Source: Candidatus Micrarchaeota archaeon
GTDB lineage: Archaea; Micrarchaeota; Micrarchaeia; Norongarragalinales; UBA97
DNA: 64,000 nt
Assembly (NCBI GenBank): GCA_016194335.1
Contig: JACQBR010000008.1
Location: forward strand, 864 to 64,863
Reading direction: 5' to 3'
Shown: in pieces, positions 54,648-64,000 of the stretch
Layout of the letters: each line of letters begins with the position of its first letter
How positions within the stretch are numbered: the first letter of the stretch is position 1
Program-made: the position numbers and the translations under genes
The notes under the pieces: generated by a model
Database searches by the model: none
What the model was told of the DNA's origin: nothing
The model's input: only the letters and a program-made list of their open reading frames with translations

Positions 54648-56870
54648 ATGGCACGAAAGGAAGTTGTCGTCGACGAAGTCGTCCGCCTCATGGGCGCGCG
54701 GGAATACATCCGCAACATGGGCATAGTCGCGCACGTGGATCACGGAAAAGGCTAAAGCCACATTGCGGGCTTTGCTTACGGTCAGACCACGCTGAGCGAC
54801 TCTCTCGTAGCAGTAGCGGGGCTCATTTCCCGCGACCTGGCCGGGGAGCAGCGCGTGCTCGATTACGACCCTCAGGAGCAGGCGCGCGGAATCACGATCA
54901 AGGCCGCGAACATCTCCCTTGGGTTCAACTACGAGAACCAGGATTACATCATCAACATGATTGACACTCCCGGCCACGTGGACTTCGGCGGCCACGTCAC
55001 GCGCGCCATGCGCGCCGTTGACGGCGTGATTCTCGTCATTGACAGCGTGGAGGCCATCATGCCGCAGACAGAGACGGTGCTGCGCCAGGCGCTCAAGGAG
55101 AAAGTGCGCCCCGTGCTCTTCATCAACAAGATAGACCGGCTCATCAACGAGCTCAAGCTCGACTCGAAGGGGATGCAGGAGAGGTTCCTCAAAATCATCA
55201 GCGGGGTGAACAAGCTCATCGCCACCTACGCGCCCGACGAGTTCAAGCAGGAGTGGCAGCTCAGCGTGGAAAAGGGCAACGTGGCTTTCGGAACCGGCTT
55301 TCACAAGTGGGCCGTTTCGTACCCCATCATGAAAAAGACGGGAATGAACTTCAAGGAGCTTTACGACTTATGCGCCGCTGACAACCACGCCGAACTGCGC
55401 AAGAAGGCGCCGCTTGAGGAAGTCATTCTCGAAATCGTCGTGAGGAACCTCCCGTCGCCCATCACGGCGCAGAAATACCGCATTCCCGTCATCTGGCACG
55501 GGGACAAGGGGAACGCGTGGGGCAGGGGAATGCTCACCTGCGACCCGAAGGCGCCCGCCTGCTTCATGGTAACGGCGGTGCAGGTGGACGAGCACGCCGG
55601 CGAAGTGGCAATCGGCCGCCTCTACTCCGGAACGATACGGAAAGGGACCGAACTCTATCTCGCGGGCCAGTTCAAGAACCAGAAGGTGCAGAGCGTCGCG
55701 ATTTACATGGGCCCCGACCGCGTGCTCGTGGACGAAGTGCCTTCGGGCAACATCGTCGCCGTCATCGGGCTCAAGGACGTGTTTGCAGGCGAGACGGCAA
55801 GCGAAGGCCAGATGGACGCATTCGAAAAGATCAAGCACCACTCCGTGCCCGTCGTGACCAAGAGCGTGGAGGCTAAAAACCCCCGCGACCTCGTCAAGCT
55901 CATCGAAGTCCTACAGAAATTGGGCAAGGAAGACCCCACCATCCGGGTTGAAATCAACCAGCAGACGGGCGAGCACCTCATTTCCGGAATGGGTGAGCTG
56001 CACCTCGAAATCATCGAGTACAAGATTGCCAAGGAAAGGGGCGTGGAGATCGAGACGTCCCCGCCGATTGTGGTCTACCAGGAGGCCGTCCTCGAGCGCG
56101 GGCCCGAGCTTGAGGGCAAGTCGCCGAACAAGCACAACAAGTTCAAGCTCGAAGTGATGCCTCTTGAGGAAGGCGTGCGCAAGGCCATCGAGGAAGGCAC
56201 GATTGACGAGCGCACGAAGGGCAAGGAGCTTGTCGAGAAGCTCATCGCAGCGGGGCTGGAGCGGGATGAGGCGAAGAAAATCATCTGCATCCACCGCGAC
56301 AACATCTTCATCGACGCGTCGAAGGGAGTGCAGTTCCTCCAGGACATCAAGGAGCTGCTCATCCAGGCTTTCGAGGAGGCCGTCGAGCAGGGGCCGCTTG
56401 CCAAGGAGAAAGTCGTGGGGCTAAAAGTGCTTCTCAACGACGCGGTGATCCACGTCGACCCGGCCCACCGCGGGCCCGCGCAGGTCTTCCCCGCAATCAA
56501 GCGCCCGCTCTACGCAGGCATGGTCATGGCGAAGTGCGTGCTTTTCGAACCCAAGCAGAAGCTCGTGGTCAACGCTCCCGCCGAGTACATGAGCAACATA
56601 ATCCAGAGCATCCAGGGAAGGCGCGGGCAGGTGCTTGACATCGCGCAGGACGGCGAGCTCATCAACGTGACGGCCAAAGTCCCAGTCGCCACCATGTTCG
56701 GCTTTGCCTCCGACATCCGCGGGGCGTCGCAAGGCCGCGCCGCGTGGTATTACGAATACGCCGGTTACGAACAGCTGCCCTCGAGCTTGCAGGGACCGAC
56801 GATCGCGGCCATCCGCAAGCGCAAGGGCGAGAACGAAACCCCGCCGACGGCGAAGGACTTTCTGGACTAA
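54648..56870 (+). CDS. fusA: Elongation factor 2 (aEF-2), interrupted by a 36-nt in-frame insertion (54750..54785) that carries a TAA stop
   Basis: [34 protein letters not shown], then the insertion encoding [11 protein letters not shown], then [12 protein letters not shown].... Deleting exactly 36 nt restores the consensus G1 motif AHVDHGKTTLSD. Everything downstream through [11 protein letters not shown] and the C-terminus is EF-2. Confidence 0.85.
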
Positions 56871-57031
56871 TAGCGGATTGCATTATAATGAAACATTTGC
56901 AGCAATTGCAAAACGCACTTCTAGAGTTCCATAATCAATGCGATTTGCTTCTATGAGAAAAGCCGCCTTGTTCAGTAATGTTTTTGTATCACCCTGGTTT
57001 TAAGGATCTGGTGGAGGAGGGAGGGAGTTGC

Positions 57032-58264
57032 CTAATTCCAGCTTGCCATCCTTACGGCCTTCTTTCCCCTGCGGCTCGGCCTTCGCTTGCCCGGCCTCCT
57101 GCGCAATGCCACCGCGGCGTAATTGAGGCCGAGCGGGACGGCCTTGGCTATTTCGGGAAGCGCAGCGCCGGCAGAGGCAGCGCCGGCATAGCCTAAAACC
57201 GGGACGGAATACGGCGGGGTGAACTCCGGCCTTGCGGCAAGGCGTACTGTCTTTGCCGCCTGCACCGCCGCCAGTGCCTTCCGCCTGTTGGCAATGTATT
57301 TCCTGTCGCTGGCGCTTAGGTAGTTTCTCCGAAACCTTCGAAAGGCGCCCCAGCCGCCGTCCTTGTACGAGAGATTGAGGTAGTCCTGCAGCTTTTTGTG
57401 GTTGATGTTATTGTAGTTTGTCCCTCTGTTGATGAGGTTTCGAAGAAGACGGTTGGCGTTGAAGAAAGCCGTGTGCACGGCGTTGGTGACGTTGAGGCGA
57501 ATGCGCCTTTCATTCTCCGCCCCGATTTCCCCGGGCGTGAGCTCGCGGGGCGTCTTTCCCTTCATCCGGGCGAATCTCTCCAAGTCCTTTTGGTAGACCT
57601 CTTCAAATTCGGAAGTGTCAAGCCTCGTGGAAACGGAGCGGAGCGCGTCCCCAACCGCCTTCGGGGGGATTAATGGCCGCATTTCAAAAAGTTTAGTTCC
57701 CGCCGGCACCGCCCCGTCCTTGATTGCCTGGCTGAGAGATTCATCCGTGACTTGGCCGAGGCCGTTTGCAAAAATCTCGCCATTCCTGTTTCGCAAAGGC
57801 ACGACCGCCTTGTCGCCGCCGCCTTTGACAACCCTGAAGTTGGCGTCCCAAGGAGCCAGTCCGCTTTCGGCAATCAGAATAGCGTGGATGAAATCGGGGG
57901 TGACGAACCTCGAGGCATCGGCGTAATTGAGGTCGGCATTGTGCCTTGCAACTTCGGCCCGAATGGCTTCGTTGATCAGTCCGCTCGCGTCGGGGATGCC
58001 CGTGTGCCGCTCGGTAAGATAGTATTCGGGATGCCCCAAAATTTCTGCAGCTTTGCGGTGGTCCACTTTTTCCCTTCGTTCGAACATTCCGGCAGCAGAC
58101 TGCGCGGCCACCTTCCGCTCGAATTCCTGGCGCGGGGCGCTGTTGAACTTCACTTCGCCCGCCTTGAGGAGCCCCATCAGTGCCAGGGCCGGCAGGAGCC
58201 TCTTTGCGATTCTGGCGGTTCCACCGACTCCCTGCCTTCTTGAATTTTCCGACGCGCGGGTCAT
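57032..58264 (-). CDS. Secreted protein with a lytic-transglycosylase (SLT/lysozyme-like) domain
   Basis: Signal peptide RLLPALALMGLLKAG. IAESGLAPWDAN...ANGLGQV resembles the SLT motif ES..P.A.S..GA.GLMQ. Start taken at MTRASENS. Confidence 0.45.
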   Translation of the reverse strand: MTRASENSRRQGVGGTARIAKRLLPALALMGLLKAGEVKFNSAPRQEFERKVAAQSAAGMFERREKVDHRKAAEILGHPEYYLTERHTGIPDASGLINEAIRAEVARHNADLNYADASRFVTPDFIHAILIAESGLAPWDANFRVVKGGGDKAVVPLRNRNGEIFANGLGQVTDESLSQAIKDGAVPAGTKLFEMRPLIPPKAVGDALRSVSTRLDTSEFEEVYQKDLERFARMKGKTPRELTPGEIGAENERRIRLNVTNAVHTAFFNANRLLRNLINRGTNYNNINHKKLQDYLNLSYKDGGWGAFRRFRRNYLSASDRKYIANRRKALAAVQAAKTVRLAARPEFTPPYSVPVLGYAGAASAGAALPEIAKAVPLGLNYAAVALRRRPGKRRPSRRGKKAVRMASWN

Positions 58265-58352
58265 AATTATGCTTTTGTCCGTCCGCCTCTTTAAAACCTC
58301 CCGCGCCGATGGGGAGTCGGCCTTAAATATCTCCGGCAGCGTTCTGTTTCCG

Positions 58353-59090
58353 ATGGACCGCAAAACCGCTCGCAAGCTCGCCCACGCCGAGATGGAGATG
58401 CGGCGTTCGGACGAAGGGTCGTTCCTAAGGCAGATCATCCTCGGCGGCCAGGATGGCCTTGTGAATGTGTTGGGCGTGCTTCTCGGAGTCGCGTCGGGCA
58501 CTTCCGACACCGGCATCGTAATCATCGCCGGGCTTGCCGCGACTTTTGCGGAGAGCATTTCCATGGCCGCAGTCGCCTACACCTCCTCGAAGGCAGAGCA
58601 GGATTTCTACCGCAAGGAGTTCGAGAGGGAAAAGCGGGAAATAAGGGAGCTTCCCGAGGTGGAGACCGAGGAGATTCGCCTCATTTACATGAAAAAGGGG
58701 TTCCGGGGCAGCCAACTCAATTCCATCGTGAAGAAAATCACTTCCGACCAGAAGGTCTGGCTGCAGGTGATGATGCAGGAGGAACTCGGCCTTTCCGAGT
58801 CGGAGAAGGTTAACCCCCTGCGCGAGGGAATCGTAGTGGGTCTTGCGGCTTTGGCCGGCTCGCTCGTCCCCCTCATCCCGTTCTTCCTCCTTCCCCTCCA
58901 GTCCGCGGTAATCGCCTCGCTGGCGGTTTCGATAATGGCGCTTTTCGCCATGGGCGCATACAAGGGCAAGCTCACGCTTGGCGACTGGATGCGAAGCGGG
59001 TTTGAGATTGCAGTCATCGGCATGATAGCCGCCATTGCGGGCTACGCAATCGGCGCGGCTGCCGGAAACGCCAAACTGGGCACGGGATAG
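58353..59090 (+). CDS. VIT1/CCC1-family Fe/Mn transporter
   Basis: Cytoplasmic N-terminal helix then GGQDGLVNVLGVLLGVASG. Five TM helices. Start at MDRKTARKL. Confidence 0.7.
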   Translation: MDRKTARKLAHAEMEMRRSDEGSFLRQIILGGQDGLVNVLGVLLGVASGTSDTGIVIIAGLAATFAESISMAAVAYTSSKAEQDFYRKEFEREKREIRELPEVETEEIRLIYMKKGFRGSQLNSIVKKITSDQKVWLQVMMQEELGLSESEKVNPLREGIVVGLAALAGSLVPLIPFFLLPLQSAVIASLAVSIMALFAMGAYKGKLTLGDWMRSGFEIAVIGMIAAIAGYAIGAAAGNAKLGTG

Positions 59091-59171
59091 GGGAGTGTGG
59101 GGGTCGGGGAAGGCGCAAACTCTTTTTCCCCCATCAAACGGTCTTTCCGAAAAAGCCCCAATCGCCAGGTT

Positions 59172-59723
59172 TTATTTCCAGAAGGAGCCCAGCCAGCTGA
59201 AGAAGCCTGAAAGAAAGTCGTAGATTCCGTTGCCTTGCGTGACGGCGAGGCCGGTAACGGGGGCCGGTTCGCCTGAAGAAGCGGGTTGGCCTGCGCCTTC
59301 AGTTTCGGCCAACTCTATTTTCGCTTCCGCCCTCGCCTCCGCCCCTCCCGAATCCGAGGCAACCGCCCTCACCGTAATCGTGCCCGGCGCCTGCACGAGT
59401 TTGAGCCTGCAGGAATATTCGCAGGAAATCCCGCCGCATTCGCCCCGGCCCATTCTTTCAAACTCCAGCAAAACCCCTTTCGGATCGTAAGCCGAGCATT
59501 GCGCCGACTTTTCCACAACGTCGCCGGCGCCGTTGTTGTCCGAAATGGAGAAAACCGCCTCGAGCCCGCCCCCCCGCGCAACTGCGCTCTCAAAACGGAT
59601 TTCGGGAGGCGAGTTGGCGATGCTCACGCTCGTGCCCACCGCGTCGGCTGCGACAAAATTGGCCGGGAGGACGAGCATCAAGACTGCAATTGCTGCGGCA
59701 ATGAGGTTCAAACTTTTTTTCAT
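59172..59723 (-). CDS. Secreted hypothetical protein with a signal peptide
   Basis: MKKSLNLIAAAIAVLMLVLPA signal peptide. Cys pairs. Confidence 0.4.
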   Translation of the reverse strand: MKKSLNLIAAAIAVLMLVLPANFVAADAVGTSVSIANSPPEIRFESAVARGGGLEAVFSISDNNGAGDVVEKSAQCSAYDPKGVLLEFERMGRGECGGISCEYSCRLKLVQAPGTITVRAVASDSGGAEARAEAKIELAETEGAGQPASSGEPAPVTGLAVTQGNGIYDFLSGFFSWLGSFWK

Positions 59724-59740
59724 GTCGTTTTCCATCTCCT

Positions 59741-60121
59741 CTAGCTTCGTCTCGCGCCGGCAAGGCGTTTGAATTTAACGTGAATCATCGTGACCGTGCG
59801 CGCCTCATTCATCACGCTCGTGCGGTAGACGGTCTGGATGTCGTGAATGGCGAGGCCCGCGAGCCTGCACGCCTCTTCCAACGGCTCGTGGTCCCTGATG
59901 TTGAGCGCGGTGATGCCTGCGGCCGTGATTATGGAATCCGATATATTGGGTGCGTGGTCTATCGCTATGTAAATGCCGCTTCCGTCGTTTGGGACCAGCA
60001 CCTTGCTCCGATGGAATGCCGATTGGTCGACTACCGACTTGATTATGGGCCTGAACTTCCGCAAGATAACGGCATCAACCCGCGAAGCCGCACTTTCCGC
60101 AACGCGCCTTGTTTCGTTCAT
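59741..60121 (-). CDS. Hypothetical protein (126 aa) upstream of agmatinase
   Basis: ORF co-directional with speB. No recognisable motif. Confidence 0.3.
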   Translation of the reverse strand: MNETRRVAESAASRVDAVILRKFRPIIKSVVDQSAFHRSKVLVPNDGSGIYIAIDHAPNISDSIITAAGITALNIRDHEPLEEACRLAGLAIHDIQTVYRTSVMNEARTVTMIHVKFKRLAGARRS

Positions 60122-60179
60122 TTCCCTTACCGCCTCCCGTCCTTAAATTTCACGGCCCCGTCACCCGCAAGTTCCTCCT

Positions 60180-61193
60180 CTACCGCATTGATTTCGCAAA
60201 AGCGCTTGCCGCAATGAAATAGGCCAGCTTTGCCGCGAGAAAATCCGGGGCGGCCAAGCCCGGAATGGGCGAGAGTTCCACGACGTCCGCGCCGACGATG
60301 TTGCGGGCCATTGCGACTTCACGAATTATTTTCGTCACCTGCCACCAGAGGAGGCCGTTGGGTTCGGGCGTTCCCACCGAGGGCATGATTGACGGGTCGA
60401 GGCCGTCGAGGTCGAAAGAAAGGTAAACGTCCCTCTTGAGTTTGGGAAGGATTCTTTTCTGAATGATCTTGTCGAGATTTGCGCCGTTTCCTTTCCCGCC
60501 ATCGTTGAACTCGTGCGCAAAAACAATCTCCACGCCCGCCTTCCCTGCGTTTGCAAGCTCCTGCTCCCCCGCGCTCCTCACCCCCACAATAACTTCGCCG
60601 ATTTTTTCATTCGCGATTGACGGGGTGATGTCGGCAATCTTTTCGCCCCGCAGGGTCGCGGCGACTCGCTTGGCTCCGCCCGAGTTTCCCGCATCTGCAA
60701 TCCTCGCGCCGACCGAAGCGTGGGAATAGCCGGAGCCTTCGTACTCGTCCCACCAGTCGGCGTGCGCGTCGAAACACAGAACGGAAGCGTCTTTTGCGTG
60801 AAAATGCTGTGCGATTGCCTGAACCGCGCCGATGGTGATGGAATGTTCGCCTCCCAGCATCAGCGGGAATTTCTTTTTCTCAAGAACCTGCCCGACAACG
60901 TCCTTCACGCGCCCGACCGTTTCCTTCGAGTCACCACGCGCGGGTTCCAGCTCGTTGAGGGTGAAAAAACCGACTTGCTTTTCGGCGTTGAACTTCAGTT
61001 CCGAATCGTATGGCTCGAGAAACCTCGAGGCGGAAATGATTGCGTGCGGGCCTTCGCGCGCGCCCGTCCCGTAGGTGGCGGTGGAGTCGAAAGGCACTGG
61101 GAGAACCGCCACTCGCGCGCGTTCAAACGCCTTTTCGCCGTCCTGCCCGCTTCCGCAGAAGTTGTACGGCGGGAGGGAATGGAGGAGCTTCAT
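60180..61193 (-). CDS. speB: Agmatinase/arginase-family ureohydrolase
   Basis: GGEHSIT, DAHADW and SFDLDGLDP manganese-ligand motifs. Confidence 0.85.
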   Translation of the reverse strand: MKLLHSLPPYNFCGSGQDGEKAFERARVAVLPVPFDSTATYGTGAREGPHAIISASRFLEPYDSELKFNAEKQVGFFTLNELEPARGDSKETVGRVKDVVGQVLEKKKFPLMLGGEHSITIGAVQAIAQHFHAKDASVLCFDAHADWWDEYEGSGYSHASVGARIADAGNSGGAKRVAATLRGEKIADITPSIANEKIGEVIVGVRSAGEQELANAGKAGVEIVFAHEFNDGGKGNGANLDKIIQKRILPKLKRDVYLSFDLDGLDPSIMPSVGTPEPNGLLWWQVTKIIREVAMARNIVGADVVELSPIPGLAAPDFLAAKLAYFIAASAFAKSMR

Positions 61194-61499
61194 TTCGATA
61201 ATTATCTATGGCCGGAGCGCCTATTATTGGATGAGGGTGCGTGCGGGTTCGGGAATGTGCCTCTGCACACCTCAACGCTTTTAAAGCATTTGCGCCCTAA
61301 AAGTTATGTTGGCTGATAGGCTTATCATGGCTGATTGTAAGTTGCGCATGCAAGTGCGTTTGGTCTGAATCGATTTTGGTTGGGCAAGTCCTAAGCTCGC
61401 GCTATTGCCATCAATTTGAATGCATTTTTTCCAGCGATTGTTTTTTTTTTTTAGCGAAAATGGGAAAACAAAAAATTCCAATAGGGGTGTTTTGAGAAA

Positions 61500-62777
61500 A
61501 TGTCTGACAAACCGCACTTGAACCTGATTTTCACCGGCCACGTCGACCACGGCAAGTCCACTTCGGTCGGCAGGCTGCTTTACGAAACCGGCGCGCTTAG
61601 CGAAAACGAGCTGCGCAAGCTCAAGGAAGAGGCGGTCAAGGTGGGCAAGGCGACTTTCGAATTCGCCTTCGCAATGGACAAGCTCAAGGAGGAACGCGAG
61701 CGCGGGGTCACCATCGACATCGCCCACCGCGACTTCACAACCAACAAGTTTTACTTCACCATCATCGACGCGCCGGGGCACAAGGACTTCGTGAAGAACA
61801 TGATTACCGGCGCGAGCCAAGCCGACGCGGCGGTGCTGGTCTGCTCGGCAAAGGAAGGCATCCAGGCCCAGACGATTGAGCACGCGTTCCTCCTCAAGGT
61901 GCTTGGAGTGAGCCAGTTCATCATCGGCGTTAACAAGATGGACGCGGTCAACTACGACAGGCAGGCTTTCGAGAAGACCAAGATGGAGCTTTCCGCCAAG
62001 CTCAAGCCCATGGGCTACCCGGTTGACAAGATTAACTTCATCCCCTACAGCGCCTACCAGGGCGACAACGTCGCGAAGAAGAGCGACAAGATGGCGTGGT
62101 ACACCGGCCCGACCCTGCTTGAGGCCCTTGACCTGCTTGTCGAGCCGAAGAAGCCCACCGACAAGCCCCTGCGACTGCCGATTCAGGAAGTTTTCACCAT
62201 CACCGGCCAGGGGACCGTTCCCGTTGGCCGCGTGGAGTCGGGCATCCTCAAGCCCAACATGGCAGTAATCATCATGCCTGCGAACAAGACGGGTGAGGTG
62301 AAGACGATTGAAATGCACCACCAGCAGCTAACGCAGGCCATTCCCGGCGACAACGTCGGCTTTGCCCTCAAGGGAGTTGACAAGAAGGACATCACCCGCG
62401 GCAACGTGCTAGGGGACCCCAAGAGCCCGCCCACCGTCGCCGAGGAATTCACCGCGCAAATCGTGGTGCTCAACCACCCCACCGCAATAGGGAAGAACTA
62501 CGCGCCCGTCTTCCACATCCACACGGCCCAGCTGGCGTGCTCGATTACCGAACTGGTCGAGAGGAAGGACCCCAAGACCGGCCAGACGGCGCAGAAGAAC
62601 CCCGAGTTCATCAAGACCGGCGACGTCGCAATCATCAAGGTCAAGCCCACCAAGCCCGTGGTTGTCGAGAAATACGGCGACTTTCCCGCTTTGGGGAGGT
62701 TCGCCATCCGCGACATGGGACAGACCGTCGCCGCTGGCATCGTGCTCGAAGTGGTCCCCAAGAAGGACCTCAAGTAA
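61500..62777 (+). CDS. tuf: Elongation factor 1-alpha
   Basis: GHVDHGKST, DAPGH and NKMD G-motifs. 425 aa. Confidence 0.95.
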   Translation: MSDKPHLNLIFTGHVDHGKSTSVGRLLYETGALSENELRKLKEEAVKVGKATFEFAFAMDKLKEERERGVTIDIAHRDFTTNKFYFTIIDAPGHKDFVKNMITGASQADAAVLVCSAKEGIQAQTIEHAFLLKVLGVSQFIIGVNKMDAVNYDRQAFEKTKMELSAKLKPMGYPVDKINFIPYSAYQGDNVAKKSDKMAWYTGPTLLEALDLLVEPKKPTDKPLRLPIQEVFTITGQGTVPVGRVESGILKPNMAVIIMPANKTGEVKTIEMHHQQLTQAIPGDNVGFALKGVDKKDITRGNVLGDPKSPPTVAEEFTAQIVVLNHPTAIGKNYAPVFHIHTAQLACSITELVERKDPKTGQTAQKNPEFIKTGDVAIIKVKPTKPVVVEKYGDFPALGRFAIRDMGQTVAAGIVLEVVPKKDLK

Positions 62778-62895
62778 GGGCGGTTTTGGAAAATGCCGGC
62801 ATTTCCGTTTTTTTGCCGGCAAAACAAATTCTTTTGATTGAACCAGACGGACATTCTTTCGCTTTTAAACCTCACAAAAAGGCATTTGAACAAAA

Positions 62896-63201
62896 ATGAG
62901 CAAGGCCCGCATCAAGCTCGAGAGCCAGGAAGTGGCCGACATCGACGAAGTCTGCAGCCAGATCAAGGGCATTGCTGAGAAGGCGGGCGTGGAGATGAAG
63001 GGCCCCGTGCCCCTGCCCACCAAGAAGCTCAAGATTTCCACGCGCAAGACCCCGTGCGGCGACGGGAGCGACACTTACGAAAAGTGGGAGATGCGCATCC
63101 ACAAGCGCCTGATTGAAGTGTTCGCCGACGACCGCGTGCTGCGCGAAGTGATGCGCATCAGAATCCCCCCTTCGGTCAACGTCGAAATGACGCTTGGCTG
63201 A
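62896..63201 (+). CDS. rps10: 30S ribosomal protein S10 (uS10)
   Basis: S10 family. Conserved position after tuf. Confidence 0.88.
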   Translation: MSKARIKLESQEVADIDEVCSQIKGIAEKAGVEMKGPVPLPTKKLKISTRKTPCGDGSDTYEKWEMRIHKRLIEVFADDRVLREVMRIRIPPSVNVEMTLG

Positions 63202-63230
63202 GAAACAAGCGAATTCCTCTTGCGGCCTTT

Positions 63231-63986
63231 TCACCCGGCATCCCTCTTTCTGTTCACGTAAGCCGGTTTTTCGGTATGCAGCAGGTTTGGCATCAAGGTT
63301 ACCATCCCAACCTTGCCCGAAAGGAGGATGTTGGCATAAGTTCTTCCCGCACACCCGCCGCTGATGGGAATGTAACCTTCAGGCATTCCATTCTTTACCC
63401 ACTTGCCCTCGATTGCTGCGATACGGCTGTTTCTTTCCCTATCGCTTGCATCTTCCATTGAATACATCCCGCCCACCTGAAGGCGCTTCACTCCAAGCTC
63501 TTGCAGGAGTTCGCAAAGTTTTTTCAGCTTCCTGTCAACGAGAAAAGGATTTTTGGCGTAGAGGATCGGTTCCTGGCTTTCGCCCGTCAATAAAACCAGC
63601 CTGTTTCTCTTTCCCCCAGTCACACGGCTTATTGTTTGAGGGTTTGACAGGATGAAATCCAATTCATCCTCGCCCCAAGTGTTGTGGAGGACGAACACGG
63701 GCAGTTTGGAGTGGTTCAGAAAGTAAGCCACGCGCCTTTGGAAATCCTTCTCTGCGGGATAATCTGCGCTGCGGAAGTAGTACGGGTGCACCAGGATTGC
63801 CGCCCTGCCCCCGCTTTCCCTTATCAATTTACTCATTTCGGCTTTCCGTTCCTGCGGTATCGAACCGATTAACACCGCGGAATTTTCCTTCTCCCTCCGG
63901 CGGGGGCCAAAAAAACGCTCCAACATCCTTGAGAGAGCCACATTCGCCACTTTAATAACCTTGATGAAGGGAATTTTAATAAACAA
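63231..63986 (-). CDS. Hypothetical protein (251 aa)
   Basis: ORF only. Confidence 0.3.
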   Translation of the reverse strand: MFIKIPFIKVIKVANVALSRMLERFFGPRRREKENSAVLIGSIPQERKAEMSKLIRESGGRAAILVHPYYFRSADYPAEKDFQRRVAYFLNHSKLPVFVLHNTWGEDELDFILSNPQTISRVTGGKRNRLVLLTGESQEPILYAKNPFLVDRKLKKLCELLQELGVKRLQVGGMYSMEDASDRERNSRIAAIEGKWVKNGMPEGYIPISGGCAGRTYANILLSGKVGMVTLMPNLLHTEKPAYVNRKRDAG

Positions 63987-64000
63987 GCCGGGATGGCAGA

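Noticed and set aside
54753-54755. TAA inside fusA read as Sec, Pyl or a simple readthrough codon
   Set aside because: TAA is neither the Sec (TGA) nor the Pyl (TAG) codon. Readthrough would leave 12 foreign residues in the P-loop. Clean restoration of the motif by a 36-nt deletion favours excision or an assembly artifact.
54700-54830. Canonical bulge-helix-bulge (BHB) intron at the EF-2 insertion
   Set aside because: The 4-nt segments that should form the central helix, ggaa and ggtc, are not complementary. The only exon-exon pairing, cgtgg/ccacg, is offset. A relaxed motif cannot be excluded.
53733-55304. 523-aa minus-strand ORF across rps7 and fusA
   Set aside because: Antisense to ribosomal and EF-2 genes.
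57032-58564. Full 510-aa extent of the minus-strand ORF
   Set aside because: Its first 100 codons overlap the VIT1 gene on the other strand and lack a signal peptide. The start was moved to the Met at 58264, which is followed by a signal peptide.
61281-62321. 346-aa minus-strand ORF across tuf
   Set aside because: Antisense to EF-1 alpha.
1-64000. CRISPR arrays and rRNA genes
   Set aside because: No regularly spaced short repeats, and no 16S, 23S or 5S-like conserved stretches. The repeats seen are att-like or tandem intergenic duplications.

Overview
Archaeal chromosomal segment, about 60% GC. Evidence for archaeal origin: split rpoB, exosome, proteasome, aRF1, aCPSF1, a class-III signal-peptide pilin and N-glycosylated surface proteins. 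Most of the window is densely packed information-processing genes in three conserved clusters. (i) FKBP, proteasome beta (psmB) and aCPSF1/FttA. (ii) The exosome superoperon: rpl15e, rnp3, two GNAT genes, ham1, rnp2, psmA, SBDS, rrp4, rrp41, rrp42, rpl37ae. (iii) The RNAP/translation operon: rpoH, rpoB'', rpoB', rpoA, then acyP and lrp, then rpl30e, nusA, rps12, rps7, fusA, tuf, rps10. Other genes with confident calls: serS, aRF1, truD, ppsA, rpl10e, ttuA-like with a ubiquitin-like SAMP, pyrH-like and speB. There are three tRNAs: Pro-TGG, Tyr-GTA with a 53-nt intron, and Asp-GTC. Notable items follow. Three inteins sit in core catalytic motifs: aCPSF1 at HAHLDH|SG, aRF1 immediately after GGQ, and RpoA at GTQM|TLRTFH. 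The A' and A'' portions of RpoA are fused into one 1670-codon ORF. A 36-nt in-frame insertion carrying a TAA stop interrupts the P-loop of EF-2 (fusA). A Fic gene is flanked by 44-bp direct repeats that begin with the 3' end of tRNA-Asp. That Fic gene sits in an accessory island with a pilin-LamG adhesin and a small Cys/His-rich membrane protein. There are VapBC and HicAB toxin-antitoxin pairs, a secreted SLT-like protein, a DE/W-rich 46-aa protein and several unexplained repeat or structured noncoding regions. No rRNA or CRISPR array was seen. Many long antisense ORFs, typical of high-GC DNA, were rejected.
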